From assembly GCA_045593085.1 (NCBI GenBank), contig JAZNWA010000027.1:273-64272 (forward strand): a DNA stretch of 64,000 nt, read 5' to 3'. Positions 19,076 through 27,198 of the stretch are shown here, one piece after another (within the stretch, counting starts at the first letter, position 1; each line of letters opens with the position of its first letter). This stretch comes from Lachnospiraceae bacterium. GTDB taxonomy: Bacteria; Bacillota; Clostridia; Lachnospirales; Lachnospiraceae. The position numbers were made by a program, and so were the translations under genes. The notes under the pieces were generated by a model that saw nothing but the letters and a program-made list of their open reading frames with translations, ran no database searches and was not told the DNA's origin.

Positions 19076-19918
19076 GTGTTTAAATTCTATTTATCTAAGG
19101 TCATTCGACTAAATTTTCCATTTTTACGTTTATCAATTATTATAAGGGAGGGAAGAGTTACGAAAAAAGAGGAAATTATTGCGATTGAAAAACAACTTCA
19201 GGAAATTAATACAATGTTAGAAAATTTGCCTGTTGGTAAATTACTATGTGCAAAAAACGGCAAATACTTCAAATGGTTCGTCGTAAGTAACAAGAAGAAA
19301 GTTTATATACCCAAAGAGGAACGACAATTTGCAGAAGAGCTTGCGTATAGGAGATATTTAGAGGAATTGCAGCTGGATTTGAAAGACGATTTAAAGTTGA
19401 TGAAATTAACAGAGAAGAGTACGGAAAGAAAATATCGTCATATTAAATTATTGGAAAAGCCGGGATTCATGGATTTGCTGCAAGAAAAAATAGGACTTGA
19501 CAGTGAACTGAAACAATGGCAAGAAGCGGATTATAATAGTAATCCTTATTATAGTGAGGAATTGAAGATAAAAGTTCATGAAGGACTTTATGTGCGATCG
19601 AAATCCGAATCAATGATTGCAATGATGTTAATACGTTACCAAATTCCTTTTCGATATGAATGCGAACTAAGAATAGCGAATAAAGTCTTATACCCTGATT
19701 TTACAATTTTACATCCGAAAACAAAGAAAATCGTTTATTGGGAGCATCTAGGTATGACGGATAATTATAAATACTGTCGGGATAATTATGGTAAACTGTT
19801 GGATTATTTTGCGGAAGATATTTGGTTTGGAGATAACCTCATTTTAACGAGTGAAACGCGGAGGAATCCGTTAGATTACGAAACAATTGAGCATCGTATT
19901 AAGGAATTTTTTCTATGA
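19076..19918 (+). CDS. Uncharacterised coiled-coil + PD-(D/E)XK/Vsr(DUF559)-like nuclease, paralog 1
   Basis: C-terminal VRSKSE...IPFRYE...YPDFTILHP...YWEHLGM; clear paralog of 26393..27157. The true start is uncertain (RBS GGGAGG precedes an in-frame ACG at 19160). Confidence 0.75.
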   Translation: MFKFYLSKVIRLNFPFLRLSIIIREGRVTKKEEIIAIEKQLQEINTMLENLPVGKLLCAKNGKYFKWFVVSNKKKVYIPKEERQFAEELAYRRYLEELQLDLKDDLKLMKLTEKSTERKYRHIKLLEKPGFMDLLQEKIGLDSELKQWQEADYNSNPYYSEELKIKVHEGLYVRSKSESMIAMMLIRYQIPFRYECELRIANKVLYPDFTILHPKTKKIVYWEHLGMTDNYKYCRDNYGKLLDYFAEDIWFGDNLILTSETRRNPLDYETIEHRIKEFFL

Positions 19919-19960
19919 ACTCGTGAAAAGTGGATGATAGGAAGTCGTATCTTAGACGCT

Positions 19961-20254
19961 TGGGCATATAGAAGTGAAAAAAATCGGTTGGCTGGGCATA
20001 TAGAAGTGAAAAGGATTTCGGGTGGCTGGGCATATAGAAGTGAAAAAAATTATATGCCCAATTTATGCTCGAAAATAAGCAAAAATATTGTGAAATTGGG
20101 CCTATAGAGAAGGCATTTTACATATGCCCGGGTTTTCAGGTGAAAGTGAGGGCATATACAAAATTCAAAGTGTATGTGCCCAAATTCACAGGAAATAGGA
20201 CTGAAATTCTCGTGAATTCGGGCTTTTTCCAAGCCATGCGTTCTATGTGCCCAA
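19961..20254. repeat. Palindromic-end unit array A (GGGCATAT / ATRTGCCC)
   Basis: TGGGCATATAGAAGTGAAAA x3 (GGG at 19962, 19994, 20028); units GGG..CCC at 20028-59, 20098-129, 20150-81 and 20220-52. Confidence 0.88.
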
Positions 20255-20483
20255 TGAAAGGGGCGCATGTGGGTTCGTTTAAGAACAAGGGATGTTTGAA
20301 ATCCAAGTAAGAGTACAGTTTTGACGAGTATTAAAGGCCGGGCAAACATATGGAGCAATCTTGTAATTCGGGGATAATTTAAACTAAAACGTCTTCCATT
20401 TTTGTTGTATCAGTGCTATAATGTGGTGTATATGTGAAAGATTGGGTTTTTGTGCCCTTTTTTAGAAAAATGGAGGATTTTAT

Positions 20484-21026
20484 ATGCGAATCGGAACCGG
20501 ATATGATGTACATCGCTTAGTGCCGGAGCGCCCATTGATCTTAGGAGGAGTGAATATTCCCCATACGTTGGGATTGCTTGGTCATTCGGATGCAGATGTG
20601 TTGCTTCACGCGATTATGGATGCCATGCTTGGGGCTGCAGGACTTGGTGATATAGGAAAACATTTCCCGGATACAGATGAAAAATATAAAGGAGCTTCCA
20701 GCTTAAAACTGTTGGAAGAAGTTGGAAAGAAACTGCAGGAAAAAGGCTATGTGGTAGAAAACATTGATTCTACGATTATTGCCCAAAAACCAAAGCTTCG
20801 TCCGTACATTGACGAGATGGAGAAAAATATTGCTGAGACATTGGGCATTGATGTTGACCGTATTAATGTGAAGGCAACCACAGAAGAGCGTTTGGGCTTT
20901 ACCGGAAATGAAGAAGGTATTTCCAGTCAGGCAGTGTGTTGTATTTCTTCTTTCTACGAAGCAAGCGTTGTGGCGTATGACAGTGAAGATAAATGTAGTC
21001 GCTGTAGCGGATGTCATAAAGAATAG
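20484..21026 (+). CDS. ispF: 2-C-methyl-D-erythritol 2,4-cyclodiphosphate synthase
   Basis: [32 protein letters not shown] motifs. Confidence 0.96.
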   Translation: MRIGTGYDVHRLVPERPLILGGVNIPHTLGLLGHSDADVLLHAIMDAMLGAAGLGDIGKHFPDTDEKYKGASSLKLLEEVGKKLQEKGYVVENIDSTIIAQKPKLRPYIDEMEKNIAETLGIDVDRINVKATTEERLGFTGNEEGISSQAVCCISSFYEASVVAYDSEDKCSRCSGCHKE

Positions 21027-21074
21027 TTTTTTATGACACTATTAGGAAAATGAAACAAAATCTAGGAGAACATC

Positions 21075-22514
21075 ATGGAAAACAAATTTCGATTTTATAA
21101 TACATTATCAAGAGAAGTAGAAACTTTCGTGCCGAATGTGGAAGGCAAGGTAAGTATGTATACCTGCGGACCAACCGTTTATCATTTTGCACACATTGGA
21201 AATCTTCGTACCTATATTATGGAAGATATTTTGGAAAAAGCATTACGCTATGTAGGCTATGACGTGACACGTGTTATGAACATCACTGACGTTGGTCATT
21301 TGGCATCGGATGCAGATACCGGCGAAGACAAGATGCTAAAAGGTGCAAAAAGAGAAAACAAAACCGTTATGGAAATTGCACAGTACTATACAGATGCATT
21401 TTTTGCAGATTGTGTGAAGTTAAATATCAAGCGCCCGGAAATCGTTGAACCTGCAACAAACTGTATCGACGAATTTATCCATATGGTTTCTGTACTTTTG
21501 GAAAAAGATTATGCATATGTAGCCGGTGGAAATGTATATTTTGACACCAGTAAATTGGATGATTATTATGTATTTTCTTCCGGTATTGAAAAAGAACAGC
21601 TTCAGACCGGTGTTCGCGAGGACGTAACCGAAGATACAAATAAGAAGAATAAAAATGACTTTGTTTTATGGTTTACGAAGTCAAAATTTGAAGATCAGGC
21701 ATTAAAATGGGATAGTCCATGGGGTGTGGGATATCCGGGATGGCATATTGAGTGCTCCTGCATCAGTATGAAGCACCTTGGTGAATATATGGATATTCAT
21801 TGCGGTGGTGTAGATAACATCTTCCCGCATCACACAAATGAAATCGCACAGTCAGAAGCGTATGTGGGTCATAAATGGTGTAATTATTGGTTCCACAGCA
21901 ACCACTTAAATGACCAGTCCGGAAAAATGAGCAAGTCCAAGGGCGAATTTTTGACCGTTTCCCTTATTGAATCCAAGGGATATAATCCGCTTGCATACCG
22001 CTTGTTCTGCTTACAGTCTCATTACAGAAAACCATTGGTATTTTCTTATGAAAACTTAGATAACGCCACCGTTGCTTACAATAAATTGGTAAAGAGAATT
22101 TCTGAATTAAAAGCAGAAGGTGAAGCAGATGGTATTGCATTTGCTCAGTACAGAGAAAAATTTGCAGATGCCATTTCCAACGATGTAAATACGTCCATGG
22201 CAATCACTGTTGTTTACGATATGCTGAAAGCAGATATTAGTGATGCAACAAAACTTGCCTTGGTTGCAGACTATGATACGGTATTATCTTTGGGATTGAT
22301 AGAAGCAGCACAGAAATTGCGTGACGAAGCGGGAACAGCCAATGCGACAGTTGATGCAGAGTTAGAAGCGTTCATCCTTGCAAAAATCGAGGAACGTAAA
22401 GAAGCAAAGAAGGCAAAAGATTTTGCAAAAGCAGATGCAATTCGTGAAGAATTGTTGGCAAAGGGCGTTGCAATCAAAGATACCCGTGAAGGCGTGGTTT
22501 GGGAATTGGTGTAA
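21075..22514 (+). CDS. cysS: Cysteinyl-tRNA synthetase
   Basis: CGPTVY, HIGN, PGWHIECS, DIHCGG and KMSKS motifs. Confidence 0.97.
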   Translation: MENKFRFYNTLSREVETFVPNVEGKVSMYTCGPTVYHFAHIGNLRTYIMEDILEKALRYVGYDVTRVMNITDVGHLASDADTGEDKMLKGAKRENKTVMEIAQYYTDAFFADCVKLNIKRPEIVEPATNCIDEFIHMVSVLLEKDYAYVAGGNVYFDTSKLDDYYVFSSGIEKEQLQTGVREDVTEDTNKKNKNDFVLWFTKSKFEDQALKWDSPWGVGYPGWHIECSCISMKHLGEYMDIHCGGVDNIFPHHTNEIAQSEAYVGHKWCNYWFHSNHLNDQSGKMSKSKGEFLTVSLIESKGYNPLAYRLFCLQSHYRKPLVFSYENLDNATVAYNKLVKRISELKAEGEADGIAFAQYREKFADAISNDVNTSMAITVVYDMLKADISDATKLALVADYDTVLSLGLIEAAQKLRDEAGTANATVDAELEAFILAKIEERKEAKKAKDFAKADAIREELLAKGVAIKDTREGVVWELV

Positions 22515-22553
22515 AACCAAGAGTTTGATGCGTAAAAGCGCAGGAGTGTATAC

Positions 22554-22976
22554 ATGGAAAAAGGTATCAACCAGTATATTTTAGAGCATTTTCAAATACA
22601 GGAACAAGACATCAAAAGCTATTCTCCCTTAACATTAGCGTTTATTGGAGATGGTGCATTTGACTTGATTATTCGTTCCATCGTTGTGGGAAAGGGTAAC
22701 ACCAGTGCGAATCAATTACATCGACAGACCAGTAGGATAGTAAAGGCAGCAGCCCAGTCAGAGATGATTGAAAAAATCCTGCCGTATCTTACAGCGGACG
22801 AAGAAGCCGTATATAAGCGCGGACGCAATGCAAAGTCCGGTACGATGGCAAAAAATGCGACAATGGTAGAATATCGCAGGGCAACAGGATTTGAAGCCTT
22901 GATGGGATATTTGTATTTGAAAAATGAGTTTTCCCGTATGATAGAGCTTATCAAAATCGGGATGGAGGAGCAGTAA
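22554..22976 (+). CDS. mrnC: Mini-ribonuclease III
   Basis: LAFIGDG, KRGRNAK, YRRATGFEALMGYL; cysS-mrnC-rlmB synteny. Confidence 0.93.
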   Translation: MEKGINQYILEHFQIQEQDIKSYSPLTLAFIGDGAFDLIIRSIVVGKGNTSANQLHRQTSRIVKAAAQSEMIEKILPYLTADEEAVYKRGRNAKSGTMAKNATMVEYRRATGFEALMGYLYLKNEFSRMIELIKIGMEEQ

Positions 22977-23723
22977 ATGAAACAAAATGAACAATATATT
23001 GAAGGAAGAAATGCCGTAATTGAAGCAATTCGTGCAGGAAAAACCATTGACAAGCTCTATGTATTAGATGGTTGTCCGGACGGACCGGTGCGAACCATTG
23101 TCAGAGAAGCAAGAAAAACCGATGCAATTATTAATTTCGTAGAAAAAGACCGTTTGGACCAGCTTTCCCAGACCGGACATCATCAGGGTGTGATTGCTGT
23201 TAGTGCGGCGTATGATTATGCAGAATTGGATGACATTTTTGCATTGGCAGAGAAAAAAGGCGAACCGCCATTTATTTTCCTTTTGGACGAAATCGAAGAT
23301 CCGCATAACTTGGGTGCAATTATCCGTACGGCAAATCAGGCAGGTGCTCACGGAGTAATCATTCCAAAGCGCAGAGCCGTAGGACTTACTGCAACAGTAG
23401 CAAGAACCAGTGCCGGTGCGATTAATTATACTCCTGTAGTAAAAGTTACCAACTTAACCAAGACTATTCAGGAATTAAAAGAACGCGGAATCTGGTTTGT
23501 TTGTGCAGATATGGACGGACAGTGCATGTATGATTTAAATTTAACAGGCCCGATTGGTATGGTTATCGGAAATGAAGGGGAAGGTGTATCGAAATTGGTT
23601 AAGGAAAATTGTGATTTCGTGGCATCTATTCCGATGAAAGGTGATATTGATTCCTTGAATGCATCTGTTGCGACAGGCGTTTTGGCATATGAAATTGTAC
23701 GTCAGCGTATGCAGAAGAAATAG
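22977..23723 (+). CDS. rlmB: 23S rRNA (G2251-2'-O)-methyltransferase, TrmH family
   Basis: IEGRNAV, DPHNLGAIIRTA, GNEGEG, SLNASVA SPOUT motifs. Confidence 0.93.
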   Translation: MKQNEQYIEGRNAVIEAIRAGKTIDKLYVLDGCPDGPVRTIVREARKTDAIINFVEKDRLDQLSQTGHHQGVIAVSAAYDYAELDDIFALAEKKGEPPFIFLLDEIEDPHNLGAIIRTANQAGAHGVIIPKRRAVGLTATVARTSAGAINYTPVVKVTNLTKTIQELKERGIWFVCADMDGQCMYDLNLTGPIGMVIGNEGEGVSKLVKENCDFVASIPMKGDIDSLNASVATGVLAYEIVRQRMQKK

Positions 23724-23731
23724 ATCTTAGA

Positions 23732-24388
23732 TTGCCTAAGTATTTGACGCAAGCAGAAATAAGAGCAAAAAGGAAGGAATATATGAAAGATTTTTCAACC
23801 TATACAGATGAGCAACTTGTGCTTTTAGGGCGCGAGGGCAATCATCAGGCAATGGATGAGGTTATTAACCGTTACAAATCCATCGTAAGAAAAAAGGCAA
23901 ACACGCTTTTTTTAGCCGGAGCAGATTCAGATGATTTGCTGCAGGAAGGTATGATCGGGCTGTATCAGGCATACAGAGATTTCGATCCTGAGAAAAAAGC
24001 GGCGTTTAAGACGTTTGCGGGTATTTGTATTTCCGGACAAATGCATAAGGCAATTGAAGCTGCAGGAAGGGACAAGCACCTTCCGTTAAATAAATATGTT
24101 TCCCTTTTTTCAGAGGAAGCTGAAGGTAGCGAAGAAAATATGGCGGCCCGGTTTGATGCAGAAAATGGTAACGATCCGGAAGAACTGTACATTGATAGGG
24201 AAAATGTAAAAGCTTTGGTTGAACGTATTAAGAAAATTTTGAGTCCGCTGGAATGGGAAGTGTTTTTTCGCTATGTAAACGGTTTGACCATTCGTCAGAT
24301 TGCAGAGGAATTAGGAAAAAATGAGAAGGCAATAGGAAATGCCAGGGACCGTATCCGGACAAAGATTACCAAGGAAATCAACGGATAG
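23732..24388 (+). CDS. sigH: RNA polymerase sigma factor, SigH-like
   Basis: DDLLQEGMIGLY, FKTFA, LSPLEW..F...NARDRIR; canonical position after rlmB. The start may be the ATG at 23783. Confidence 0.8.
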   Translation: MPKYLTQAEIRAKRKEYMKDFSTYTDEQLVLLGREGNHQAMDEVINRYKSIVRKKANTLFLAGADSDDLLQEGMIGLYQAYRDFDPEKKAAFKTFAGICISGQMHKAIEAAGRDKHLPLNKYVSLFSEEAEGSEENMAARFDAENGNDPEELYIDRENVKALVERIKKILSPLEWEVFFRYVNGLTIRQIAEELGKNEKAIGNARDRIRTKITKEING

Positions 24389-24512
24389 AATAAAGGATAT
24401 AACTTGAAAAATGCTAAGCGTTTTTGGGTTAATCATATATGACCGGAATTTCGAAAGGAATTTTGGTTATCCAGTATAAACAAAATATGTTTCAATAAAA
24501 AGGAGAAAAATT

Positions 24513-25703
24513 ATGCAGATTTTAGTAATCAACTGTGGTAGCTCTTCATTAAAATTCCAGTTAATTAATGCAGAGACAGAAAACGTAAAAGCATCCGGTT
24601 TATGCGAAAGAATCGGCATTGACGGAAGATTGGTATATCAGCCGGCAGGATGCGACAAGATTAGCACAGATGTTGCTATGCCTGACCACAAGGCAGCAAT
24701 CAAATTAGTTATCGATGCTTTGACAAATCCGGAAAACGGAGTTGTGAAGTCTTTATCCGAAATTGATGCAGTAGGCCATCGTGTGGTTCACGGCGGAGAA
24801 AAGTTCGCAGGTTCTGTTGTAATCACAGACGAAGTAATCAAAGTATTAGAAGAGTGTACAGATTTGGCACCACTTCACAATCCTGCAAACATTACAGGTA
24901 TTTTAGCAGCTCAGGAATTAATGCCGGGCGTACCAATGGTTGGTGTATTTGATACCGCTTTCCATCAGACCATGCCTGCAAAAGCTTTCACATACGGTGT
25001 TCCTCATGAGTACTATGACAAATATGCAGTAAGAAGATACGGTTTCCACGGAACTTCTCACGCATATGTTTCAGCAAGAGCAGCAGAATTGGCAGGTAAG
25101 CCATATGATCAGTGTAAGACAATCGTTTGCCACTTAGGTAACGGAAGCTCTATCTGTGCAGTTGAAAACGGAAAATCTGTTGATACATCCATGGGACTTA
25201 CTCCATTGGAAGGTTTATTAATGGGAACACGTTCCGGTGATATCGATGCAGGTGCTTTAGAGTACATCATGAAAAAAGAAGGCATCGAATTCAAAGAAAT
25301 GATGAACATCTTAAACAAGAAATCCGGTTTACTTGGTGTATCCGGCGTTTCTTCTGACTCCAGAGACGTTATGGCAGCAGCGGCTGAAGGAAACAAAAAT
25401 GCAGCATTAGCAATTGAAAACTTCAACTACCGCGTTGCTAAATATGTTGGTGCTTACGCAGCAGCTATGAATGGTGTTGATGTTATTGCATTTACCGCAG
25501 GTATCGGCGAAAACGCTATCGACACAAGAGTAGACATCTGCAAATACTTTGAATACCTTGGAATTAAGATTGACTTAGAAAAGAATAACGTTCGTGGTAA
25601 AGAAGTAGAAATCTCTACTCCGGATTCCAAAGTTAAAGTATTTATCATTCCAACAAACGAAGAATTAAAGATTGCAAGAGAAACTGTTGCTTTAGTTAAA
25701 TAA
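24513..25703 (+). CDS. ackA: Acetate kinase
   Basis: INCGSSSLK, GHRVVHGG, APLHN, FDTAFH, YGFHGTSH, PTNEE. Confidence 0.97.
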   Translation: MQILVINCGSSSLKFQLINAETENVKASGLCERIGIDGRLVYQPAGCDKISTDVAMPDHKAAIKLVIDALTNPENGVVKSLSEIDAVGHRVVHGGEKFAGSVVITDEVIKVLEECTDLAPLHNPANITGILAAQELMPGVPMVGVFDTAFHQTMPAKAFTYGVPHEYYDKYAVRRYGFHGTSHAYVSARAAELAGKPYDQCKTIVCHLGNGSSICAVENGKSVDTSMGLTPLEGLLMGTRSGDIDAGALEYIMKKEGIEFKEMMNILNKKSGLLGVSGVSSDSRDVMAAAAEGNKNAALAIENFNYRVAKYVGAYAAAMNGVDVIAFTAGIGENAIDTRVDICKYFEYLGIKIDLEKNNVRGKEVEISTPDSKVKVFIIPTNEELKIARETVALVK

Positions 25704-25720
25704 TTTATCAGATGAAATCG

Positions 25721-25751
25721 GGGCATGCATTTGTGCATGCCCTGTTTTTTT
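25721..25751 (+). terminator. Terminator after ackA
   Basis: GGGCATGCA-TTTG-TGCATGCCC plus T-tract. Confidence 0.85.
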
Positions 25752-25787
25752 ATGCCCTGCCATCGTTTAATATGTCCGGCCCATGGG

Positions 25788-26089
25788 TTGGGTCAAGGCT
25801 AATGCGTTGTGTGTTACAGACCCAATCGGCGAGCATATGTTAAGATGCAGGTGGTGTGGTTGGGGCATAGTAAAAAAGGCTTCTGCCGAGACCCGAAAAA
25901 AACTCTTTTTAGTATGGAATTTGTGGAGATTGGGTCTTGGCAGAAGAGAGTTATAGTGCAGACCCGGAGTTTCGACGGATTGGTGGGTCTTGGGCGATTT
26001 TCGAGACGCATAGACCCGAAGTGACGAAAAAAGACGGAAGAATGCTTGTTTTTTGGGTCTGCGATGAGACAAGTTGGCTATAGACCCAA
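25788..26089. repeat. Palindromic-end unit array B (TTGGGTCT / AGACCCRA), 5 units
   Basis: GGG at 25790, 25862, 25932, 25985, 26055; paired CCC ends at 25823, 25894, 25965, 26017, 26087; cores all different. Confidence 0.85.
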
Positions 26090-26392
26090 CCACGGAAATT
26101 AATAAAGCCTGAAGGATAAAGAGACTAGGAAAATCAACAAAAACGCGGATGTTAAAGGAATCACGGAAACCAATAGAAGCTTGGAAATTAGAATAACAGC
26201 CGCTGCTGAAGATGTCTACCAAGGAAACATTCGCATTATATGGTCACACGAGTGAAGCAAAAAGAGAGAAAATCTTAAAAGTTTATAAAGTGCTGATGAT
26301 GACTTTACTTAAAAAGAAAATTATGATTCAATTAATATATCATTCAAATGGGATATCCAAAATGGATTCAAATTTAATAGGGGGAGAGTTAT

Positions 26393-27157
26393 ATGTATGA
26401 AAAAATGGTGCAAGAAAGACAACGAATCGCACGGAAAATTGAAGAGTTGCAGCGTAAAATTCGTTCATACCCGGAAGGCAAATTGATTTGTGCCGGAAAT
26501 GGCAAGTATGTAAAATGGTATATTAGCTACGGAAACAATCGCACATACATCAAGAAAAAGGACCGAACCCTGGCAGAGAAAATGGCTGCTAAAAAATATT
26601 TAACAGCAGTGTTGATAGAATTAGATGCAGAAAAAAAGGCGATTGAGAGTTATCTTAAACATCACAGGACGGAAACAAGTCATTTGTTGGAGACGCCGGG
26701 ATACCAGGAATTGCTTGTACCATTTTTTAAAAGCTTTGAGCAAAGCGCATGGGAGTGGATGAATGAACCGTATGAGAAAAATGAAGCTTTTCCGACAGCA
26801 CTTATTCACCAGACAGTTGTTGGAATTAAAGTAAGATCCAAGTCAGAGTCGATGATTGTTAAAGTGTTGGCTGAACATGGAATAGCATTTCGCTATGAAT
26901 GGCGATTGGATTTTGGCGAAGGATTGGCCTATCCTGATTTTACGATTATGCATCCGGTAACAGGGAAGCTTTATTATTGGGAACATTTTGGGATGATGAA
27001 CAAACGTGAATATAGGAATCGGGCAGTAAATAAGATTCAAAATTATTCTTACAACGGAATTATTCCCGGCATACAGCTCATCATGACTTTTGAAACGGAG
27101 GATGACCCTTTGACATATGAAAAGATTGAATGGATTATAAAAATGTATTTTGAGTAA
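26393..27157 (+). CDS. Uncharacterised coiled-coil + PD-(D/E)XK/Vsr(DUF559)-like nuclease, paralog 2
   Basis: PEGKLICAGNGKY.KW, VRSKSE, AFRYE, YPDFTIMHP, YWEHFGM; GGGGGAG RBS. Confidence 0.8.
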   Translation: MYEKMVQERQRIARKIEELQRKIRSYPEGKLICAGNGKYVKWYISYGNNRTYIKKKDRTLAEKMAAKKYLTAVLIELDAEKKAIESYLKHHRTETSHLLETPGYQELLVPFFKSFEQSAWEWMNEPYEKNEAFPTALIHQTVVGIKVRSKSESMIVKVLAEHGIAFRYEWRLDFGEGLAYPDFTIMHPVTGKLYYWEHFGMMNKREYRNRAVNKIQNYSYNGIIPGIQLIMTFETEDDPLTYEKIEWIIKMYFE

Positions 27158-27198
27158 GCATTGAAAAAAGCGTTAGAAATCTTATGAAAGGAAATCTT

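Noticed and set aside
19961-20060. CRISPR array interpretation of the triple TGGGCATATAGAAGTGAAAA repeat
   Set aside because: Only three copies, 12-14-nt linkers far shorter than CRISPR spacers, inverted copies downstream, and no cas genes in the window.
20050-20358. Short ORFs over array A (20065..20310 +, 20050..20358 -), array B (25809..26024 +, 25814..26011 -, 25767..26222 -) and array C (60448..60654 +)
   Set aside because: No RBS, no recognisable domains, no peptide similarity between arrays; better explained as incidental ORFs in repeat DNA.
20400-21074. T-box leader for cysS
   Set aside because: Only 48 nt separate ispF and cysS, and I saw no T-box motif or antiterminator upstream of ispF.
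25788-26089. TIGR array or integron attC interpretation of array B
   Set aside because: No box C/D-like motifs, no Nop-domain protein, unit spacing is not a constant 36 nt, and no GTTRRRY/RYYYAAC core sites, gene cassettes or integrase.
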